A stretch of 64,000 bases of DNA from Danionella cerebrum (lineage: Eukaryota): positions 427,535 through 491,534 of the forward strand of contig SRMA01025353.1 in assembly GCA_007224835.1 (NCBI GenBank), given 5' to 3'. The notes under the pieces are model-generated. The model did not search any database and was not told the DNA's origin. It saw nothing but the letters and a program-made list of their open reading frames with translations. The stretch's first letter is position 1; the number at the start of each line of letters is the position of its first letter. The position numbers were made by a program, and so were the translations under genes. This document shows positions 59,351 through 64,000 of the stretch, in pieces.

Positions 59351-60172
59351 ATGAAGGACTCAGTCTTTAACTGCTGCGTTTCCTCTCCACACCCGCCTGG
59401 AGCCATGGAGGAGCACCACCCAGTTAGGCATGCCCGCTTCCTTATGTTCTTCGACTTTGACGAGACCCTGGTGGACGAGTGCAGTGATGACTCCATGGTC
59501 ACAGCGGCACCGGGTGGAGTCCTTCCTGGCTGGTTGAAGGACACATACCGTCCCGGCCGCTACAACGAGTACATGCAGCGAGTGCTGGCTTACCTTTCAG
59601 AAAAGGGCATCAGCCCAGCTGCAATTCGCTCCACCATAGAGAAGCTCCCTCCCTGCCCAGGCATCCCCTCGCTGATGCAGTTCCTGCTCTCCCAGCCTTC
59701 CAGAGACTTTGAAGTGGTTTGTGTGTCTGATGCCAACACGGTTTTCATTGAGACGTGGTTGCAGCACATGGGCTTCCTGCCTCTCTTTCAGCGCATTTTC
59801 ACCAACCCTGCTCATTTTGATGAGAATGGACAGCTGAAGCTCCATCCCTTCCACTCCCATGACTGCCTGCGCTGCCCCGTCAACATGTGCAAAGCAGCGG
59901 TGGTCAGGCAGTATGTGGCTCAGCGCCTTCGGGAGAAAGGTGGCCGGCCCTACCAGAAAATCCTCTACATGGGAGATGGTGCCAATGATTTCTGCCCGTC
60001 ACTCACCCTCTCGCAAGTTGATGTAGCTTTTCCACGCCGGGACTTTCCAATGCACAAACTGATCCAGGAGATGGAGGAAGCCAAACCTGGAGAGTTCAAG
60101 GCCAGTGTGGTGCCCTGGAGAAGTGGAGAGGATGTCATCAACACCCTAAGAAAGATTACAGAGAGGCCATAA
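59351..60172 (+). CDS. phospho1: phospho1, phosphoethanolamine/phosphocholine phosphatase (HAD superfamily). Complete CDS in one exon. The exon starts at acceptor ttgacttgcag|A (59302).
   Basis: 273-aa ORF with the HAD motif I FDFDETLVDE. Strong similarity to human PHOSPHO1 (FDFDETIVDENSDDSIV…YNEYMQRV…DANT…GDGANDFCP…DVAFPRR.YPMH.LIQE). AATAAA at 60329-60334. Confidence 0.9.
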   Translation: MKDSVFNCCVSSPHPPGAMEEHHPVRHARFLMFFDFDETLVDECSDDSMVTAAPGGVLPGWLKDTYRPGRYNEYMQRVLAYLSEKGISPAAIRSTIEKLPPCPGIPSLMQFLLSQPSRDFEVVCVSDANTVFIETWLQHMGFLPLFQRIFTNPAHFDENGQLKLHPFHSHDCLRCPVNMCKAAVVRQYVAQRLREKGGRPYQKILYMGDGANDFCPSLTLSQVDVAFPRRDFPMHKLIQEMEEAKPGEFKASVVPWRSGEDVINTLRKITERP

Positions 60173-61039
60173 ATGTAGAAGTATTTTTTTGTGTAATTTG
60201 TTGAAACCAAATGCTAATTCAAATGTCATGCACGAAAATATGAACTGTACTTTTAAAATGTAATGTCATCATTTTTTTCCACACCAAACTTCATTTCTCA
60301 TCATCCTGAGTGGTACGCGTAAGTACTGAAAATAAATGGCTATTTCCAGATTCCCACCAAAGATCTGCTATGGAATGACATTTAACCAATGTCCATAAAA
60401 AAATGTAACCACACGAAAAACAAAACCCATGTAAAGACTATATCAAACCAACAAGTGGTATTTTCATTTTGTGACCTTTAAAACAATTATTCATTCTCAG
60501 TAGACATCCCTACTGAGCCAAATTTTGCTTCCCCATCAGATTTCCCTGCTTCAGTATTTCGCACATGCACAGTCCTTCAAACACCTGAGCACACAAACCG
60601 GTTTGGTCTTTTTTTCAGTTTAAAGCACAAAATATACTTTTTTTTTCTCTGTAATTCATTACTTCTTCAAAGCAAAGCATAAGGGATATTTACTATATTA
60701 CAAAAGCTAAGCTTTGCCATTTAAAGGACCAAAAATGACTTTAAAATAATTAAAACACAAATACAGAAATTAAAAATGTGGAAATAAACAAGGGACAATT
60801 TCACAAAAGTATGCTGAAATGTAGAAATACATTAATTACATTTTTAGTTTTTTGGTTTATTTGTTTATAAAACATTCTGAAACCTTATACAAGCATGTTT
60901 TTATTCATTGATTCATTCAAATTTTAATTATTGTTTTATTTGTTTTACTTATACTTAAGTAATAGTTCAGTCTGTAAATACATTATTTGATATTTCTATT
61001 ATTTCTATTGTTTATTTTTTTTATATTTAGTGTTTTTAT

Positions 61040-61327
61040 TTTATTTTTAATATGGCATTGATGTTTAATACACCAGCAAAAAGTGTGCGAAACACTTTTG
61101 AAGCAAACATTTCCACCTGGCGGCGGCCGCACGTCGGGACCTCCTGCACCAAAACAATACGCTCTTCCTCATTGGTCAGCAACGATCACGTGACTTTACA
61201 GCTGATTTCCGTGGATGGCGTCTTTTCACAGACTCGGATCAGATGTTCGTCCGTACCTCGCGAGACATGAATTCCCCTTTTATCGCAGTGAAATCACAAA
61301 ACTCACCCTGACAGCAGACCAGCAGTG
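61040..61327 (+). promoter_or_regulatory. natd1: natd1 promoter / 5-prime UTR (CpG-rich: …cctggcggcggccgcacgtcgggacc…cgtacctcgcgagac…)
   Basis: CpG cluster immediately upstream of the natd1 ATG at 61328. Confidence 0.45.
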
Positions 61328-61427
61328 GCGATGGCCCAGGCTCCTCCGATGAACGTGCTCGAGATCAGCGCTCATTTCCGAGTAGAGCACGACAAGAATC
61401 GACGACAATTCAGCATCCGACTCAACG
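61328..61427 (+). CDS. natd1: natd1 coding exon 1 (MAQAPPMNVLEISAHFRVEHDKNRRQFSIRLN-)
   Basis: ATG at 61328. Donor AACG|GTCAGT. Matches human NATD1 …IRVEHDRRRRQFTVRLNG. Confidence 0.8.
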
Positions 61428-61732
61428 GTCAGTAATGCGACATTTATGGTGGTCGCGGGGAGGAGGATAGCAAACCACTGAGCAAAAATGTGCCTTTTGA
61501 TATCAATACTTCGAAGGGTTAACGTTAAATTATGTTACGTCGTAGATAGGTCAAGCGATGCCTTAATGTTTGCGATATATGTCGTTGAGGGATTCTGTCA
61601 AGGATTTTTACCTGTTTTCTATCCCTCTGGGAAATTAGCGGTTTAAACAAGCGACTAATCTAATGGGAAGGGGGCTGAGACTTTTTTTCGTGTAATAAAT
61701 CTCCCCTGGCTGTTACGGTTAAATTTGATTTT

Positions 61733-61795
61733 CAAACGCAACGGTTTCTTTTCAAACGCAACGGTTTCTTTTCAAACGCAACGGTTTGTTTGAAT
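61733..61795. repeat. Three tandem copies of a 21-bp unit (ttcaaacgcaacggtttcttt) in natd1 intron 1
   Basis: Direct reading. Confidence 0.9.
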
Positions 61796-62201
61796 TTCTC
61801 ATCAAGATTCAATCATAAAGTTGCTAGCTTTTCCGCTAGCTATCCCATCCAGACTTTGTTTTTATGCTTCTGCTTCCTTTTCCATTTGCTTTTTATTTTA
61901 TAATTGATAAATACACATTTGACGACACTTCTGTCTCAAATATTGAACGCGGGAGCTTGTGTTTACAAGCAAATAGCTCAGGGGTCATCCATGAAAATAA
62001 TCCATAGTTAATGAGTTCTCACAGAAAAAATTATTTTATAGTGGCATCTGCACATCCCACAAAAATGCATTTGTACTGTGTTGTTTATAAATAACAAGGC
62101 ACAGTCATACATTCTATTGGCCAATCTGATCCGTATACCCATTTCTCTCTTTTAACTACATGCTGCTTGAATTGCTGTCTGTTCTTGTGCTTGTATTGAA
62201 G

Positions 62202-62320
62202 GTTCCCATGACAAGGCCGTGCTGCTTTATGACTATGTGGGTAAAAAGACTGTGGATTTGCAGCACACAGAGGTTCCTGAAGCTTACAGAGGACAAGAGA
62301 TAGCCAAACATCTGGCCAAG
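62202..62320 (+). CDS. natd1: natd1 coding exon 2 ((G)[39 protein letters not shown]). It carries the GNAT acetyl-CoA motif R-G-Q-x-I-A.
   Basis: Acceptor tgcttgtattgaag|GT (phase 1). The exon end is placed by homology (human …[40 protein letters not shown]|AALDF…) at the weak donor AAG|GTTGTT. Confidence 0.7.
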
Positions 62321-63462
62321 GTTGTTGAAGGTTACAGCAAAACACATTATAAGGCATTATCTACTTTCAGCCCATTGAAACTGGAAGTTGAAATCTTTAC
62401 AAGGAATTAGGATCTCAGATTTTTGGTTTGTCAAAATGTTAATGTGTTTAGTCAAAGTACCGTTGAAGAAAGAATTATGAGGCTCCCCTGTGAAATTGTA
62501 TTTTTCAGAATATTTCCCTAAATGATGTTTAACAAAGCAAGGCACAGTTTGTTGTTGCCAACATTTTCATCTACCCGTCGAATGTGGCCCGGGTACCATT
62601 TTGGAGAATTCTATCTTAAAATTTTACCATTTTCACATTTCAGTCAGCAGTTTTCTGAACCATAAAATTAACCGCCATCAGACAAATTCTCAAATTACAT
62701 TTTCTCCCTCTTTATTAAAAACAGTAATAAATGTCTACAGTAATCAATTTTCCTTCTTTCTAAACTACTGCCTAAGCAGTTTCTGAAAAGTTACGTTTAT
62801 TGCTTGACTCACTGTTTCTCAGTCAAGTGTGCACATATTTAAATGTCGGCAGGAGATGGGTTGGGGTGTTGTGCTTTTGTATGTGCGCTCATTTTCACCT
62901 TGATTGGTATGTACACCAAGATTCTGTGTGCAACCCGTGTATGTGCAGATTAGCAAATCTATGTAAATGTAAGACAAAAGGCACTGTAAATTTCAGCATA
63001 ATCATTTTAAAATGAATCAGGTTTGACTACTGGGGAAACTAGGAAACAGCAGGGGAATACCCTTGACAAGACAAGTGGTGAGTTCACTGCAGTGAATCAC
63101 TCATTAACCTGACTTGCAGGTTTTGGACTGCCAGATGAAATTGAAAAACCTAGGGGAAACCCATGTGATTTGTATGAATACAAGGATTATTCATCTTAAC
63201 CTGATCTTTCAGATTTGTTGGTCTTCTGAATGTTAGTTTGGCCCAATCAAGTTCACTCACTTTGCTCATTCTGAGGTGGATGAGAAATGTTATTCTGTTA
63301 ATATATTGAGTATCATTACAACATAGATGCTAGAATACAAATGTGAAGGTGAAACAAGTGTTATTCTTAAATCTATATTGCATTGTACACCTTCAATATT
63401 GGACTGGTCATTTAGTGTACATTGAATTCATTTTTGTAAACCTTTCTGTTTCTACTTTTTAG

Positions 63463-63579
63463 GCTGCAATGGACTTTGTGGTAGAGGAGGACCTAAAAGC
63501 CCATTTGACCTGCTGGTATATTCAGAAATTTGTCAAAGAAAACCCACACCCCCACTACTTGGAGCGCATCCTCCACTGA
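63463..63579 (+). CDS. natd1: natd1 coding exon 3 ([38 protein letters not shown])
   Basis: Acceptor tttctactttttag|GCT. Stop TGA at 63577-63579. Matches human [28 protein letters not shown]. Confidence 0.8.
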   Translation, partial: AAMDFVVEEDLKAHLTCWYIQKFVKENPHPHYLERILH

Positions 63580-64000
63580 AATAATGAAGATAAACAATGT
63601 TTTGGGGCTGGATGGGGAACCCTAAGCTGTTTATTGATTGAAGATAGGGATGACTATGAATCCATAAAGCTCTCGCATGGGGAACGTGACGTGGACTTTC
63701 AAGCCAAACCAGAAGTGTGAGAGGATTACGACTGCCACAGTGATCTAAACAATATCAGTTGCTGACTTTAAAACTCCAAATGCGCCTTCTGATTTTGTGG
63801 GGCTCCTAAGAGAGATCCATACATCTTTGTGTTGGAGCCAGCTTGGAGTTTTTGGGACATCACAATGTAACCGTCCCATTTGGCAGAGCTGTCAAGTGTG
63901 TTTGCCAAGGCCGATGATGCACATGGAGACAATCATCCGCCCATGTTCTCACTGGGCTAAACTCAGGATGCACACTCAGTAAAGTACCTCTGTTATCACA

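Overview
This window is vertebrate nuclear DNA, not prokaryotic. The teleost repeat content (DANA-like SINE pieces, many Tc1/mariner remnants, a (CAAT)n microsatellite) makes a zebrafish-like genome the best guess. Nine spliced protein-coding genes can be reconstructed from splice signals, phase continuity and protein family knowledge. Note that many ORF-track 'M' starts are really TTG or GTG, and I placed start codons only on true ATGs.

(1) Coordinates ~600-14350, minus strand: three paralogous fish-type zinc-finger genes. All three open with a homologous leucine-rich coiled-coil first coding exon that ends in a conserved phase-1 GT donor. Gene 1 (595-2697) carries a BED finger. Gene 2 (4513-11739, about 7 exons, roughly 1000 aa) combines two C2H2-like fingers, a BED finger, another C2H2 finger and an acidic C-terminus with three SUMO-interaction-motif-like repeats. 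Gene 3 (13174-14348) has three C2H2 fingers.

(2) 12.4-21.7 kb is a transposon-rich gap with several Tc1-like elements, including internally deleted copies that keep gtgtgcaaa-type terminal inverted repeats (TIRs).

(3) A prrt2-like gene (CD225/dispanin family) sits on the minus strand at 20754-22845.

(4) A complete major vault protein gene (mvp) lies on the minus strand at 26590-35771. Sixteen coding exons were reconstructed, including one probable GC-AG intron.

(5) On the plus strand: phb (prohibitin, 6 coding exons, 39248-42189), znf652 (5 coding exons, 50228-55687, with an upstream CpG-rich leader region and a Tc1 insertion in its last intron), phospho1 (single coding exon, 59351-60172) and natd1 (3 coding exons, 61328-63579).

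The gene order joins a PRRT2-MVP block (human 16p11.2) to a PHB-ZNF652-PHOSPHO1 block (human 17q21.3), with NATD1 (human 17p11.2) added. The most unusual content is the BED/C2H2/SIM-repeat zinc-finger cluster and its repeat-laden introns.
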